A stretch of 64,000 nt of DNA. Source: Massalongia carnosa (Eukaryota). Shown here one piece after another: positions 24,465-37,811 of this stretch (position 1 is its first letter; the number at the start of each line of letters is the position of its first letter). The position numbers and the translations under genes are program-made. Below the pieces are notes generated by a model. It did not search any database, was not told the origin of the DNA, and saw nothing but the letters and a program-made list of their open reading frames with translations. The stretch spans positions 930,001 through 994,000 of the forward strand of contig OZ287069.1 of the NCBI GenBank assembly GCA_965645245.1. Reading direction: 5' to 3'.

Positions 24465-24878
24465 TTGACGGAGGAGCTAATTGGATCTGTGAAGGTGAAA
24501 TAGTAGTGGTGTATGGGGGAGAATTTCGTGGGATGTGCTGGTTGTTAAACCAATCCGCTAAAACCGCGCTATTGTAATGGGAACATGCACGTGGTGAAGT
24601 TGATTATGACGTAATAACGAGAATCATATGGTGTTTTACAATCCATCGACCCATTTCTTATGCCAGACTATGAGCTCGTCCAAGGTAATCCATTAAAACT
24701 TTCATGAATCTATCCAACCCTGCAAAGAATCATCTGAACTAAATAATATGGTGATCCCCAGTGCAAACTTTTTATATGATAATTCGTTTGCCTAATTTAT
24801 ATAAAACCCCAGTCTCGGTGTTCTCCCATGTGAGCTCATCGACACCTCGATCTCTAGTTTCGACTCGGGCCGTTGCAC

Positions 24879-24951
24879 GAAAGGAAGAACGAGCGTTGGG
24901 GCAGCGAACCATGAAAGGAAGAATGGGCGTTGGGGCAGCGAACCATGAAAG
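24879..24951 (+). repeat. 34-bp tandem duplication (2 copies, 2 mismatches)
   Basis: AAAGGAAGAACGAGCGTTGGGGCAGCGAACCATG followed by AAAGGAAGAATGGGCGTTGGGGCAGCGAACCATG. Confidence 0.9.
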
Positions 24952-25371
24952 AGTGAGATAGAAATACTGTTCAAACGGCCCTGATGACGCTGAAAGGGAA
25001 GGTTGGCTTCAGAAACCTAGATTTAACTAGGTGCTTTGTTGAGCGGCCCTAGTTATCTGATCGAATCAATGATGTCGAGCCTTTGGAATACGAGACTTGC
25101 GTTTGTGGCCTTTTGTCCACAGCGCTCTTAGACAACCTGTGTCGTAGATGTATCTAACATGATTGTATTTTGGAGGGATTACTCTCACTGAAAGCCCCCG
25201 GATTGGCTTTGATATTAGGCTGAACCCCTGTAAGCTCTCTTCGAATCAAGCCTTCAACGAGGACATACGTACCCAAGCCAAAATTCCTTCATCCCCAATA
25301 TTCACAGCATCCAAAGCTTCCCTACGATCCATCAGCTCGCATATCACCCCTCTCCAAGCGAAATCCCACAT

Positions 25372-26007
25372 CTACGTCTGCAGATCCCGCAGAGCAGCCC
25401 CATACTCCTCCTGCTCCTTCCGATGCCGCTCAAGGTACCGCTCGAACTTTCCCTTATCATAATAAAGCCTCGCAACCGCCCCCGGATCCATGTCCCCAAA
25501 CGCATCCAGTATTCTCGACACCCAATCCGTCACCGCAGCCAGAGTCTCCACCGTCAGCGTCGTCCGGTCCGCGCGCGCCACATACACGTTGCCGATCCCG
25601 CCTTGCCACTCGGGCGGCGCAAATCCAGACACAGGGTCGATCATCAGCCAGGTCGCGTGCTGATTGTCGGTGGGCTGCCTGCGGGGTAATTTGGTATTAA
25701 GGCGCCACATGACTAGCGGAATCCCGAATTTCTGCGTGATGGGGAGCGGGAGTGTGGAGAAAACATTATGGTAGGGAGGGAGCGAGGCGGCTTCGTATCG
25801 CCCACCGCCGTCGCCTAGGGAGTAGATCTGCACACATTGGATGAGTCCTTGGTTGGTGGTGTTAACGGGGGGTTGGGTGCAGGTCAGCTTGTGGGTTGGC
25901 CAGTCTGCCTTCTGGCAGAGCTGGCTGCAGTAGGAGGATTCTCGGCATTGGCTGCAGCGCTTTGTGCCGTTGGCTGTGCAGGCGCCGTTGGCGCAAGGTC
26001 GTTCCAT
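25372..26007 (-). CDS. MYND zinc-finger domain protein
   Basis: N-terminal CANGAC...CSQC...YCSQLCQKADWPTHKLTC; C-terminal DNQHATWLMIDPVSGFAPPEWQGGIG. Confidence 0.85.
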   Translation of the reverse strand: MERPCANGACTANGTKRCSQCRESSYCSQLCQKADWPTHKLTCTQPPVNTTNQGLIQCVQIYSLGDGGGRYEAASLPPYHNVFSTLPLPITQKFGIPLVMWRLNTKLPRRQPTDNQHATWLMIDPVSGFAPPEWQGGIGNVYVARADRTTLTVETLAAVTDWVSRILDAFGDMDPGAVARLYYDKGKFERYLERHRKEQEEYGAALRDLQT

Positions 26008-27470
26008 TGGTTTCCGGTGTATATGAGAAATTGCTACTGGCCTAGCGAAGCAATGCTGAAACAGCGGAAATTTAAATATGATTAAGAGGATTTAATGGAA
26101 GCTGAGGTTTAGATATAATCCATACAGAGTATTACCACCACCAATACAAAACCAACAGCTACGGTGGACGGTGACCGAAACTGCTGTCTACGACCGCACG
26201 CAGAGAGTCATGGACTGGAGCAGAGATGTATACTTTGTCGAGCGACGCATTCTTTTTAGTATCCGTACACCCTCCCTTCCCGAGGACATCGGGGCTAAGA
26301 CCTTGACGGATTAAAACTTCAGGATCGTTAGTGACTTGAGTAAAATATTTCACGTCTTCATCATTGTTTACATCTTTTATCATGAGTCCTTGCTCTTCTT
26401 CTGGTGATCAGTTTTATTTTCACTTGACAATCTTGTTGCGAGCGTCAATTTACATGCTGCTTTCGAAGAATACGTCGTGATAACAAACCGTTTTAAAAGG
26501 AACAAGAAGAATGAAGTAAGAAAAAAGAGGAGGTGATAGAGATGACAAGCGCCAAGGAGAAGAGAATGATCAGAGAATAGACGAGGTGATGAATGAAGTT
26601 TCGACGGACATGCAGGTCACGTTTCAGAGTAGATAAATTAAGCTAAATCAAATGATGATTTTTGAGCGTTTGCAAATCAGCCTCTGATTTTTAGTGCGAA
26701 AACGATTCCTGAAGTTCTAATTGGTCGAGGGAGGTGTACGAATTGTAAAGGGGGAGTGTACGAGCTGTAAAAGGGGATCTACGGATAGCGAGACCCTCTT
26801 TTTATTGCTATAACTACCTTTTATAAAGCAGCCGAACGGATTGAATAGGTTCTCATCAAGACCTATTTTGATTTTTCTTCCAATCTTCTAATCATATCAT
26901 GGCTTCATGTGTCAGCGAACTCCTAAATCCTATGTATCATCCCCCCCCCCCGAAATCTTATAGCGCTGGATCTGGTGTTTATTTCTCTTCAGAATAATTA
27001 GTAGGCGGTCACAGGTCTCGGATACTCCTGACTCTTCATTAACGTGCACGTGCCAAGGTTTAAGGGTTTTTGGAAGTGGAGTTGCTGAACTATTGGTTTG
27101 ATCAACGGCTAACTGGTCATTCAACTCGCATTGTAAGTAACAAACATGATTAGAATACGTATAAATTTGCAAGGTTCGGTTCTTCGAGATCTTATTTGTT
27201 CCTATTCGTTTGGTTTTTTGTTGATTTCTTTTTCGAGATGTTGATTGCGACACATTTAGTTGAAACTTCCGCCTCCCATCACTCATAAAGAATCGCAGCT
27301 GGTTTGGATGGTTCTAGTCAGCCTCCCGAGCCGTCGATTGCTGTTTTATCTCTTCTTCGTGACGAAGATGAGATTCTTAAACCTAAAAGAACTGAAGGGC
27401 AAAGGCAAGAGATAGCGGACAACTGCATGATATCCCGTTTTGCTTATTGCATTATTATTATTCTTACTTG

Positions 27471-29330
27471 ATGGCGTCATTTTTCCATCATGAAAGATTC
27501 GAAATCACAGCTATTTTCTGGTTTCTCGCTTTTATAGCTGTCGCCTCTGCAGACCTTGCCAAGCGCGACGATAAAATCTTGGCTCCACTTCATGATGCAG
27601 CAGGGACCGCTGTGCTTGACACCGTGGGTGCTGCGGCCGGTGCTGTCTGGGATACTGGCGCCTGGATACTTAATGGGTTTCTGGATCCAACTCCTGTTGA
27701 TTCTCCGACCTAAGTGATACCAGACAGTCCGGCTGGATCCATCACCCCAGCAACTGGAGAGAACGAAGACTCAACGCCACTCTCGGCGATAGGCACATCA
27801 TCGGATGCAGCTGTGGTTACATCTGGTCAGGAGTGTGATGCGAATGCTAACATGGCAAGTCTTTCATTTTCATATCATTTACTAACGGGTAACGCTGACC
27901 TACATTTTACTAAAAGGCTAAAGATTCCGATGACTGCGGGCCTCCTAGAGGAGTTATCGTGTGGCCTTATCGCTGCCAAGAGACTGCGAAAATGGCGGTA
28001 GTTATGGCTGTGGTGGAAAGAATGGACAGGACAGGGTTCACATCCATCGATCCTGATTGCGACGGTGAGGCTAAGGTATTTTTCTTCACTGCAAAGCTGC
28101 ATCCGGGGCAAATCCGAAAGCTGAAAGAGGAGACCGAAGGAGTTGAGGATGTTGTATATGATACAACTCCTGAAGACAACGGATTTTTTGGAAAGCGCGA
28201 CAAACGAAAACCCCGCCCTGTGGTGGCAACCCCAGGCCATGTCAAAAGGGATGACAAAGTGGTTATACAAGAGAATGCCGATCTGGTACTTGGCTTTCTT
28301 TCCACGTCTAAAGACGCGACAGAGAGTTCGAATCGCTACACGTATTTCGCTGCTGCCGGGGTATGAGTCATCGTATACGTGATCGATGGAGGCGTGAACC
28401 TTCTGCACATAGAGTTCGCTAATGGCAATATCATCAAGCGGCTATTTGCCGGGGATGCCGGCGCTGAGGAATCTGGCGATGATCATGGTGCATACATAAC
28501 CCCAAAAGTTTGTGGCGTTGTCACCGGGGTGTCTAAGAAGGCTAGCATTATTATCGTCAAGATAAAGATGATGCTCAGCTCCACGCTGGACGGATTCGCG
28601 AAGGTCATGCAAGACCTTCGATCCGCGATTGCTGCGGGAAGAAATGTCAAAGGCTATACGGTTATAACCCTTTCCAGAAAGTAGTAAGAACCGCATTGCA
28701 TCAACGAAGATCTATTCGAAGATCTATTCGAAGCGCTGATCAAACCCTTGAATAGGAAATACCAAGCCGTTGTAACAGTTTCGGCAGGTCAAGGTCTGTT
28801 CAACGATATCTGGCCTCAAGTGGACAACTACCCTAGACTTCTCTTTTTCTAGACTTCCATCATAGCTGTTAGTAGCGTGCGTGCAGATCAGAGCGGAATT
28901 CACGGAGCAAGAGTTATCAACTCCAAAGCTATCTCCGACCATTTGGGCGCGGGGAGTGACATTGTGCGCCTCCAATGAGCCTAGAAATGGTTTGGTCACT
29001 CGAATGGGAAAGTCCTACACGGCACCTGCAGTGGCCGGTCTGGCTGCTTATTTCTTATCCCTTAGGCATACTCGTGTTCACCCTTTTGCAACAGCGGTGA
29101 ACGCGACCGCTAAATTAGCTCATGATTTAATTAAAAATTAATTGCGATAATGCTTATGATAACGAGGAAAGTTTTGCATAGGCTAATTCCTGCGAGACTA
29201 AGACAACATCCCTAAAGCCGTGTTTTGGCTCGATTGGGAGGCCAAGTTTTGCCCGGATGGACTCCATTCAGCGAGCTCCAATGGGCTTTCTTCTGACTCG
29301 GATCCGTTGGGCGATTTCGGATGGCCATAT
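27471..29330 (+). pseudogene. Secreted subtilisin-like (S8) serine protease pseudogene
   Basis: Signal-peptide-like start; triad motifs VYVIDGGV (Asp), DDHGA (His) and GKSYTAPAVAGLAAYFL (Ser). Stops at 27711, 28364 and 28682, plus a 12-bp tandem duplication near 28707. Confidence 0.8.
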
Positions 29331-29569
29331 CTCATGGAAGATTTATAGGAACTGGTGTTAAATGCAAATACGATTGACAGGAGAGTAGGCGCATTTCTGG
29401 GAAATCAAGGCCACTCAACGAGTCAGAAGGAACCAAACAATACTAGACGTGGCACCAGGTCAGGTGGCGAGTCAGGTGATGGGTCAGATGGTCGGTTGCT
29501 GGCGTCTTCGCTAACCATAACTATCTGGCATGATATACACAGTAATACTATCACGTGACTATCTAACTA

Positions 29570-29835
29570 CGGAGGATGACACAAAAAGTTCTTGGATAAT
29601 TATGCTAATAATATTGTTTAACTATAAATCAGTACGGACTCTTTAATACAAGTTTTGCAGTTAATTTGATAAATGTTCAAATCGATCAAAATCTATAATT
29701 TATGAAACTACGATAATTTTCTCATAGAAAAACAGCGTCGCATTAATTTTCATTCCGAAAGCAAGTTACGTCGTCACAAAAGTTATTAAGGTTTAGTGTC
29801 TGACAGCACGCTAACAAGGACTTTTCGTGTCTATG
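29570..29835. mobile_element. Tc1-derived MITE nested in the element above
   Basis: TA|CGGAGGATGACACAAAAAGTTCTTGG resembles the TIR at 47704 (CGGAGGATGACACAGGAACTTCTGG). Eroded right TIR CAAGGACTTTTCGTGTC at 29815-29831. Confidence 0.65.
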
Positions 29836-29904
29836 ATACTATTGATAGAACATATCAAGCTAGATCTGGTTAGTCTAGGAGAGTAATGCCTTGAAAGGAA
29901 TAGG

Positions 29905-30040
29905 ACTTTTCTTCATTATCTTTTGGTCAACTTTTAGACATGTTCAGACCTCACACCTGCAGTACACTAGCCTCGTGCTTACTGTCTCGTGTACTGCAGG
30001 TTTGAGGTTTGAACATGTCTAACAGATGAAGAAGAAAAGT
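29905..30040. repeat. Long imperfect hairpin
   Basis: 29934-29967 pairs with 29989-30022 (32/34); 29905-29920 pairs with 30025-30040 (14/16). Confidence 0.9.
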
Positions 30041-30961
30041 GCGAGGAAAAAATATTATAACCCCGAATGCCAACTGACCCATCACCTGACTCGCCAACTG
30101 ACCTGGTGGAATTCCACTCCACCCCAAGTATGCATTTAGCTGAGTGAAGAGGTGAGCATGTTGAGATATGAGATAGCTGAACGGCGACTATCTAATTATT
30201 TTTCTTTATCCATTTATGATTAAACGTATTTATATAAAGCCCAGTGCAAGTATCGCACTTACTTCAACCATCTAAGCTTGCAAATGATCTTGATATCCAC
30301 AAGCATATTTCTCCTTTACGTACCCACACATCTGAAGTCCTCAAATCCGAACAAATGGGATCGTCGTAAACCAGTATCGAAGTTGTATTCTTCTTCGTAA
30401 CAAGATATTACGACCAACCCAATGTGAGAATTTGTAATTGCGGCTTTGGGAAGATTAAAAAAATGAAGATACCCATAGAGGAAATGCATTGACATCCTTT
30501 CTTTCTTGGTTCGTCACTCGAGAGCGAAGTCAATAATACGCTGTCATGATAACTTCATAGCTATCTATTTAGAGTCTAAACTCTCTGAGCGTGACTCTGA
30601 TCTTACATGTCAGTGTGAGATGATTTTCACAGAAACTTGCCGGTACAGCAGGTTCCTTTTCTCGCCATAAAATTCTGGACGCTATGTGGTATCTGGCTAT
30701 TGTGTCATTCGGGTCATACATTGCTCATAATGGTATCATCCCTATTTCGTCCCAGCAGGTGGCTTTTCCTAGACGCCTTTTCATCTGGCTTCCACTGATA
30801 GACTTTTGACCTCCAAATTCTCAAGAATTCCCCGTCTAGCGCCATAGCACGGCCTCCGGATCTATATTCATCCTATGATAGGGAGAACTTTGTTAGCTTC
30901 ATCGCATAAAGGTTGCCATCCCATCATCCAAATCCCATGATTTCATCTGTCCTATAAATGC

Positions 30962-32733
30962 TCACATTTTGTCCTCGCCGCTGGTAACCTCTCTTCGCGA
31001 ACTCTTGATAACATGCTTGACTGCTGCCTCAACGGCATCCCAGTCGGTCGTATCAATGCCGGTCAAGGGCACGCCGAAGAAATCTCCAATGTGCTTAAGG
31101 GTTAGCCAGGTCTCTTGGTTGTGGACCAAGCTGATTGAAACCCCAACACGTCCAAAACGTCCGGTGCGGCCTATGCGGTGCAGGTAAGTCTCCGTATCTG
31201 GTTGACCTTGTGCTGTCAAAGGAAGATCCTGGCATTCCGTTAGCATTCCTCGAATCACCCCGTTTCTGCCATATTGCTTACGTAATTCACCACTAAAGAG
31301 ACGGTCTGAACATCAATGCCACGGGCGAGAACATTGGTTGCAATAAGCACCTTAGCCTGGCCCGAGCGAAATTGATCAATAATAGCATCTCGCTGAGACC
31401 CTTCGAACGCTCCAGTCAAAGCGGCCACCTTGTGCCCTGCTTCGTTCATACGCTTCTCGATGCGATCCGCAGTTACACGAGTCTGCACCATGTGAGTTAT
31501 TTTACGATTGAAGAGAAACGGGTGTAGATCTACCTTGACGAAGATGATAGAGGAACCAATGGTCATAAGACCATAGAGTCTTAGAAGAACCTCATATTTG
31601 TTCTCTTCATTATGGCAGTCTAGATACAGCTGCTTGATACCCTCTACAGTAAGTTCTTCGTGACGAAGTGTGATTTGATCGGCCATGGGAGCAAATTTAG
31701 CAGCGTAGGATGTGACTTTGTCGGGGAATGTAGCAGAAAACAAGACAGTTTGAACCTGTCGAGGTAGTAGCCTAGCAAGCATCTCAGCAATAATATAAGC
31801 GACAGCTTGGCCTTCAACCTACCCCTTAACGCGAATGCACTGGTCTCCTAGACCTTGTTGATCCAGCATGTTATCAGCCTCATCTAAGACCAGAACTTGG
31901 ATCTGATCCGCACGTAGTAGACGCTTCCTAACAAGGTCCATAACCGTGCCGGGTGTACCAACGACTATTTGTCCCTCAAGATTCCGTCCGCGGTTCTGGA
32001 TATCCATTGGAATCGCTGGAAGCACACGAAGCCCCTCAAGGAAGGAACCCATTAGCTGAACAACGCCGATGATCTGCCTTGCCAGTTCCCGGGTTGGAGC
32101 TAGGACCAAAGCCTGCGGCACCTGGCGTTTGGCGGGGTCCTTTAAGTCTATACGGGATAAGATATTCAGAACAAATGCAGCAGTTTTTCCGGTGCCCGAT
32201 TGAGATTGACCAATCATGTTTGACGGTGGATTCCGCAATAGCAAGGGAAGAGCCTTTTCCTGAATCTTGGATGGTTTTGTGAAACGCATTTGATAAATGC
32301 CTCGGAGGATATTTTCGTCTAGGCCCAGCTCTTCGAAGGACTTGATGGAGAACAGAGGATTTTTTGGATCTGCCTGTGCGTCGGCCAGCTTGACGTCTAC
32401 CTCGAAATTCGGCTCATAGATACCCACACTACCAGAGCGAGCCTCTGAGGCACCATCTGTCTGATCCATGACAGGAGTTGGCGCTTGTCCGAGCTGTGTC
32501 GGTTGTGTAGGTTTATCAGTTTCTTTGTATGGTGGGAGATCCGCCTGAACCGGAGATGAGATATCATCGGCCCAGGAGGAAGATGGAGCGATGGGAGGGC
32601 TAGCAGTTTCGGTCGCGTCCTTGTCGGCTTTAGTGGGAATAGGGTTCTCATTAGGGCTTGTGCCCGATTCGATTTTCTTGTCTTCTGGAAGGGTGATCCG
32701 GCTTTCTAATGAAGCTGCGTCTATCCCCGCCAT
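30962..32733 (-). CDS. DBP5: DEAD-box RNA helicase Dbp5 (mRNA export); 3 introns
   Basis: [76 protein letters not shown]. Confidence 0.96.
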
Positions 32734-33352
32734 GATGATGAGAATGGTATCTAAGAGTTTTAAATACAAGCGGCGATATTGGAGATGCCAGGTGATTCTT
32801 AGGGATTGATATAGAGGATCAAATGGCTGAAGTGGAAGAATGAGGAAATGAAAATTGGAAATGTTGAAATCGGTTGCTTAAGTAGGTTTCTTTGGAACAA
32901 TAGCCATGTATGAAAAAGCTTAAGGGATATTGAAGGGGAAGCGGCGATTGTTCTGAGGCAAACTTGCTATTGACTGATTTCACCTGAAATGTCATTGATA
33001 ATTATCTGGTCAAAAGTGTTGAAGTCACCAGTAGAGGAAAGGAGCGAATGTACCGAGTAGGTCAATAGGCAAACACCCAAAGTAATGGATGAATATGGAA
33101 ACGAGGGCAAGGGCACATTTAGGCAGGGATCGTGCAAGACTAGCGTAGGGCTAGTTGATTATCGGGCCGCAGTTTATCCGGCCATAGGGCTTTCACGCTC
33201 CCCGGAAAGGAACATCGAAATACTCTGTAGATAATCATATTTTGCCTGTCAGATCCCCGGGAGTCCGAGTATGATTACTTCCCCCGATACTACACCTCTA
33301 CTGACTATTCTATTATTCCTCTCACTCTTTTCATGCATTTAATATATAGAGC

Positions 33353-35978
33353 ATGGCTGAAGTTAATAATACACCAAGATTTGGTGCCGAGCTCAAAGTA
33401 TTCCCTCCCCCAACCTAAACTGATACAGCAAACCGGTGCTGACGAGACCTCGGTCAAAGGATGGATTCAAACCGGTCAATGCGTGGGTACGAACGTCATA
33501 TATGATTTAGCGTGTTAAGATACCCACCGCAGGTCGATATAAAGGCTCATGTGTACAAGGTATCAAACGGCATACTATGGCTTGATGAAATCCAGCAGTT
33601 CTACCGAGAACGAGGAGCAATTGAGAAAGAATATAGCACCAAACTATACGCATTGGCGAAGAAGTACTTTGATCGTAAGGCGAAGAAATCTAGCACTCTG
33701 AGCGTTGGAGATACACCCAGCTTGACTCCAGGCTCGTTGGAAAGGTTCAGCTTGGGTGCCTTGATGGGCTGAGGAATCGACAAGCTGACTATGCAAGTCT
33801 AGTGCTTCATTGACAACCTGGACCACACAGCTCACGACTCTTGAGTCACGAGCTGCCGAGCACGATCGATACTCAGCCGAACTCCTCCTCCAAGTTGCCG
33901 ATCCGTTGAAGAATATTGCAGCGAGGTATGAGGAGATACGGAAAAGTCATGCTGAATATGCGCTTAAGTTGGAGAAGGAGCGCGATATCTCATATAGCGA
34001 GTTGAAGAAGACAAAGGGACGGTATGATGGCGCGTGCCAGGAGGTGGAAAATCGAAGGAAGAAAATTGAGTCGTCCTTTGATCATGGCAAGCAAAAGGCA
34101 CAAAGCGCATATCAACAACAGCTCGAAGATATGCGCAACGTAAAGGTGAGCCTGGTGAATGCATATTGAGGGTTGAAGATTAACGCTTCCAGAACACTTA
34201 CCTCATTGGGATCAATGTCACCAACAAGCAAAAGGAGAAATATTACCATGAGTACGTTCCCGACCTGTTAGATGTAAGAGATCCAGGCGTTTGATCACAT
34301 CAAGTTTGAGTGCAATGCTAATTTCTAACTAGAGTCTGCAAAATCTTTCCGAAACCCGGGTTACACAACTGAATTCTCTATGGTCATTGGCAGTAAGATT
34401 AGAAACCTCCACCCTAAATCGGAGCACCGATCATTTAGAGCATCTCAGCGGGGAGATTCCCCGTAACGAGCCCAGACTGGACTCGATGATGTTTGTACGG
34501 CACAACGTGACGCCATGGCAACAACCGCTCGATCTCGTATTTGAGCCCAGCCCTGTCTGGCTGGATGATAGCGCCATGGCGGTGGATGAAGCAGCCAAGG
34601 TGTTTCTAAGAAATGTGTTAAGCAAGAGCAAAGGTCAATGTGCAGAACTAAAACAAGATGTCGATCGGAAAACGAGGGAAGTGGAGGCTATCAAACGAAT
34701 ACGGCAAAACATACATGCGGGAAAAGACAAACGAGATGAAGTTGAGCTGGTGAGAGCCATGTTCTCGATCCAGGAAGATCTACACCAAAGCGAGCGGAAG
34801 CGCCTAACAGCCGAGATCGAGACATACACCATAACCTCTGCTGTAGGCGATCTATCGCTTGGAGCCCAGAATCATAACTTTAAATCCCAGACATTCAAGA
34901 TTCCGACTAATTGCGATTTGTGCGGCGATCGCATATGGGGCCTATCGGCCAAGGGGTTTGATTGCCGTGATTGTGGCTATACCTGCCACAGCAAATGCGA
35001 GCTCAAAGTCCCGGCGTCATGTCCGGGGGAACTACCGAAAGATGAGAGGAAAAAGGTCAAAACGGAACGCCAGCAAACATTTCATATGTCCCAGCCTCAA
35101 TCGAACGGTGAGCCTCCTGATGGTGTCACGGAGCTGCCTGCAATGAGCAGAAGCAGCACCATGAATTCACTGAGCTCCGGCTACGCCGTGAGCGCTAATC
35201 GCTCCGTTTCGGGATTACCTGTGAAAGCGCCCAATGAAGAAACCAGTCCAGAGCGCAATACGCCTCAAGCCATTCCCAGTAAACCGAATACTATACGAAG
35301 AAACCGCATTGTTGCGCCGCCCCCAACGCAGTACATCAGCGAAATGCCTGCTAATGAACCTAACGGCCGTGTCGCCTCCATCACTTCCAACCCTACCGAG
35401 CAGCGCGGTAAGATGATATACGCCTATCAAGCCACCACCGCTGGCGAGGTCTCTGTCCACGAAGGCGACGAGGTAACTATTGTCGAACCAGACGGTAAGG
35501 CCCTCCCTTTACAAAAAAACTCTCCTCCGCTCCCAGTTCAAAGCCCACCTAACGTCCCCGTCCCTCTTTCTCAGACGGCTCCGGCTGGCTCACCATCCGC
35601 ACTCCTACTGCGACCGGCCTCGTCCCAACCACCTACCTCGAACCACTCGCCCCCCTTCACGACCGGCCCCCCTCAAACTATTCCACCAACTCCACATCTC
35701 CTTCCCTAACCAACAGCCACTCCTCGCTTCCCAACCCTAGCGGCGGCGGCTCCAACGCTAAGAAAAAGGGCCCCGCAGTCGCCCCCAAGCGCGGGGCCCG
35801 CAAACTCAGCCACGTCGAGGCTCTGTACGCGTACACGGCTCGCAGTGAGGCGGAGTGGAGCATGCGCGTAGGTGAGCGGTTCGTGCTCGTAAGTCGGGAT
35901 GCGGGCGATGGGTGGGCGGATGTGGAGCGTGGGGGGGTGGTGAGGAGCGTACCGGCGAATTATTTGACAGACGTGTGA
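33353..35978 (+). CDS. BZZ1: Bzz1: F-BAR, C1 and two SH3 domains; multiple introns
   Basis: MAEVNNTPRFGAELK, FYRERGAIEKEYS, C1 domain HNFKSQTFKIPTNCDLCG..CRDCGYTCHSKC, two SH3 domains, ending VPANYLTDV*. Confidence 0.92.
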
Positions 35979-36626
35979 AGTGGGTGAAGGAAAGCAGGAT
36001 TTGTTGTGAGGGTTTAGTTTCCCAGAGGAGGGCAGGAGGGCAGGCTGTTTAAGATAATGGCGTTTTCATGTTGCTTCCTTTAATCTTTATGTTGGTTTTT
36101 TTAGAGCGGGGGGAGGAAGGTTGGGGGGGTTGACAAGGAGATTGGGATCGGAGTTCTATCGGGGCAAAGCTGCTCATTATTGCATTGGTTCTCGTGCGCA
36201 TTGTGTTTTTGCAAACAAGGAGGAGCGTGCCGGGTTGGTTATGCGATGCCCACGCTGCAATGCGGCTGGTTCGCCTTTATATCTCGTGTTACTCCCGTCC
36301 ACTCTACCGAGTATTTAAGTAGGTAGCTGTTGGGTTTGGGATCAGGAGGGATAAAAAGACGCGGGAAATTCGGTCGGATGGACAAAGATACTCTGTAGAG
36401 ACTTATCTTTACGCTAGTTATTGACGTTTCATCGTCCAAGTATCTTTGCTCGTAAAGACGTCACGTTGAGTTTCGTGGTCTCATCTTCGGATTTCCCATC
36501 GTTTGCTTGCTGGAGCAACACCCCCCACCCCCCTCTCTCTTCCACGCCTAACCCTTCCGAACCTAGCCCGCCAGAACCCTACACCCCCCCACAAGGAACC
36601 TCCTTCTATGGAGTTACCCCTCCTCT

Positions 36627-37811
36627 CTACCTCAATGCCTTCCTCGCAAAACTCGGCAACACGAAACTGGCAGAATGAATCTCCTTGTTATAATACCGGC
36701 ACAACTTCTCCTCCTCCTCCCTCGGCCAGGTCCTCAGCGGCACCTTCACGTTGCGCGAGGAGTCTTTGCAGCAGACCATGAAGCCAATCTGCCCCGAGGG
36801 GTAGGTAGGGATGGTGGTATAAGCGTATTCGACGACGGGAAAGACTTCGAGGCAGGACTTTTTAAGGTCGGTGATGAGGGAGAGGTGGAGCCATTGATTT
36901 TCGGCTGTTGGAGAGAGGGGGAGAACCAGAGTGGTTAGCTGTAGTCTTGTAGCGATTTGAGGGGTGGGTTGGGGAGAGAATGGAAGAATAAAGACAAATA
37001 CACTAGAGCCGCGAAACAGAAAAAGAAAATAATGGAGGAAATAAGTAATGGAGACGGACAACCTTGCGTCGTCACCACACCACCCTCCCTCAACGCCCCA
37101 AACAGCAGCTCAAAGTATGGTTTCTGGAATAGGCACTCTGCCGGCCCCTCGGGATCGCTGCTGTCGGTGATGATAACGTCGAACTCGTTCTTCTTGTCCG
37201 CCAGGAACTTAAATCCGTCCCCAATGTGTACCGATACATTGGGATGCTGAAAGCCAATGCTCATTCCCGGTAGATATTTCTTCGAAAGGCGAATCACGGA
37301 CTCGTCGATGTCGCAGAGCACGGCGCTTTCGACGGTCGAGTGTTTGACAACTTCACGCAGGACGCCGCCGTCACCGCCGCCGATGACAAGGACTTTTTTG
37401 GGATTAGGGTGTGCGTTGAGGGCGAGGTGGGTAATCATTTCTTGGTAGCTGTAAGTGGAGCGAGCAGGGGAAGTTAGTTAATGAAGGAACATATCGCGTT
37501 GAACGCAATGGAGAAGTGAGAGCGGTGAACGAGGAGACAATCATACGCAAACTCATCGCGCTCGGTGCACTGAATTACGTTGTCTAGGACAAGCACGGTG
37601 CCGTGGTCGCTGGACTCGAAGATGAGCACGTCTTGGTATTGGGACTTTTCGTGGTGCAGGACCTGATTGACCTTGAGCGTCATGGCTTGGCCGGGCCACA
37701 TATTGGAGATTTCGCGGAACCAGCCATCTAGTCGTGGAGGTTCAGTATAGGTGTCTAACAACAAGGGATCGGGGGGGTACCCTTGATAGTAGGATGAGTG
37801 ATTTCACTCAT
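36627..37811 (-). CDS. SPE3: Spermidine synthase; 3 introns
   Basis: [66 protein letters not shown]. Confidence 0.97.

Larger units (their letters stand above)
29453..30108. mobile_element. Non-autonomous TIR/foldback element with 39-bp inverted ends
   Basis: 29453-29491 versus the reverse complement of 30070-30108: 37/39 identical. Non-coding interior. Confidence 0.75.

Noticed and set aside
36363..36375. GGGAAATTCGGT resembles the CR-I motif of fungal RNase P RNA
   Set aside because: I could find no CR-V/P4 partner downstream before the SPE3 3' end; probably chance. An Infernal search would settle it.
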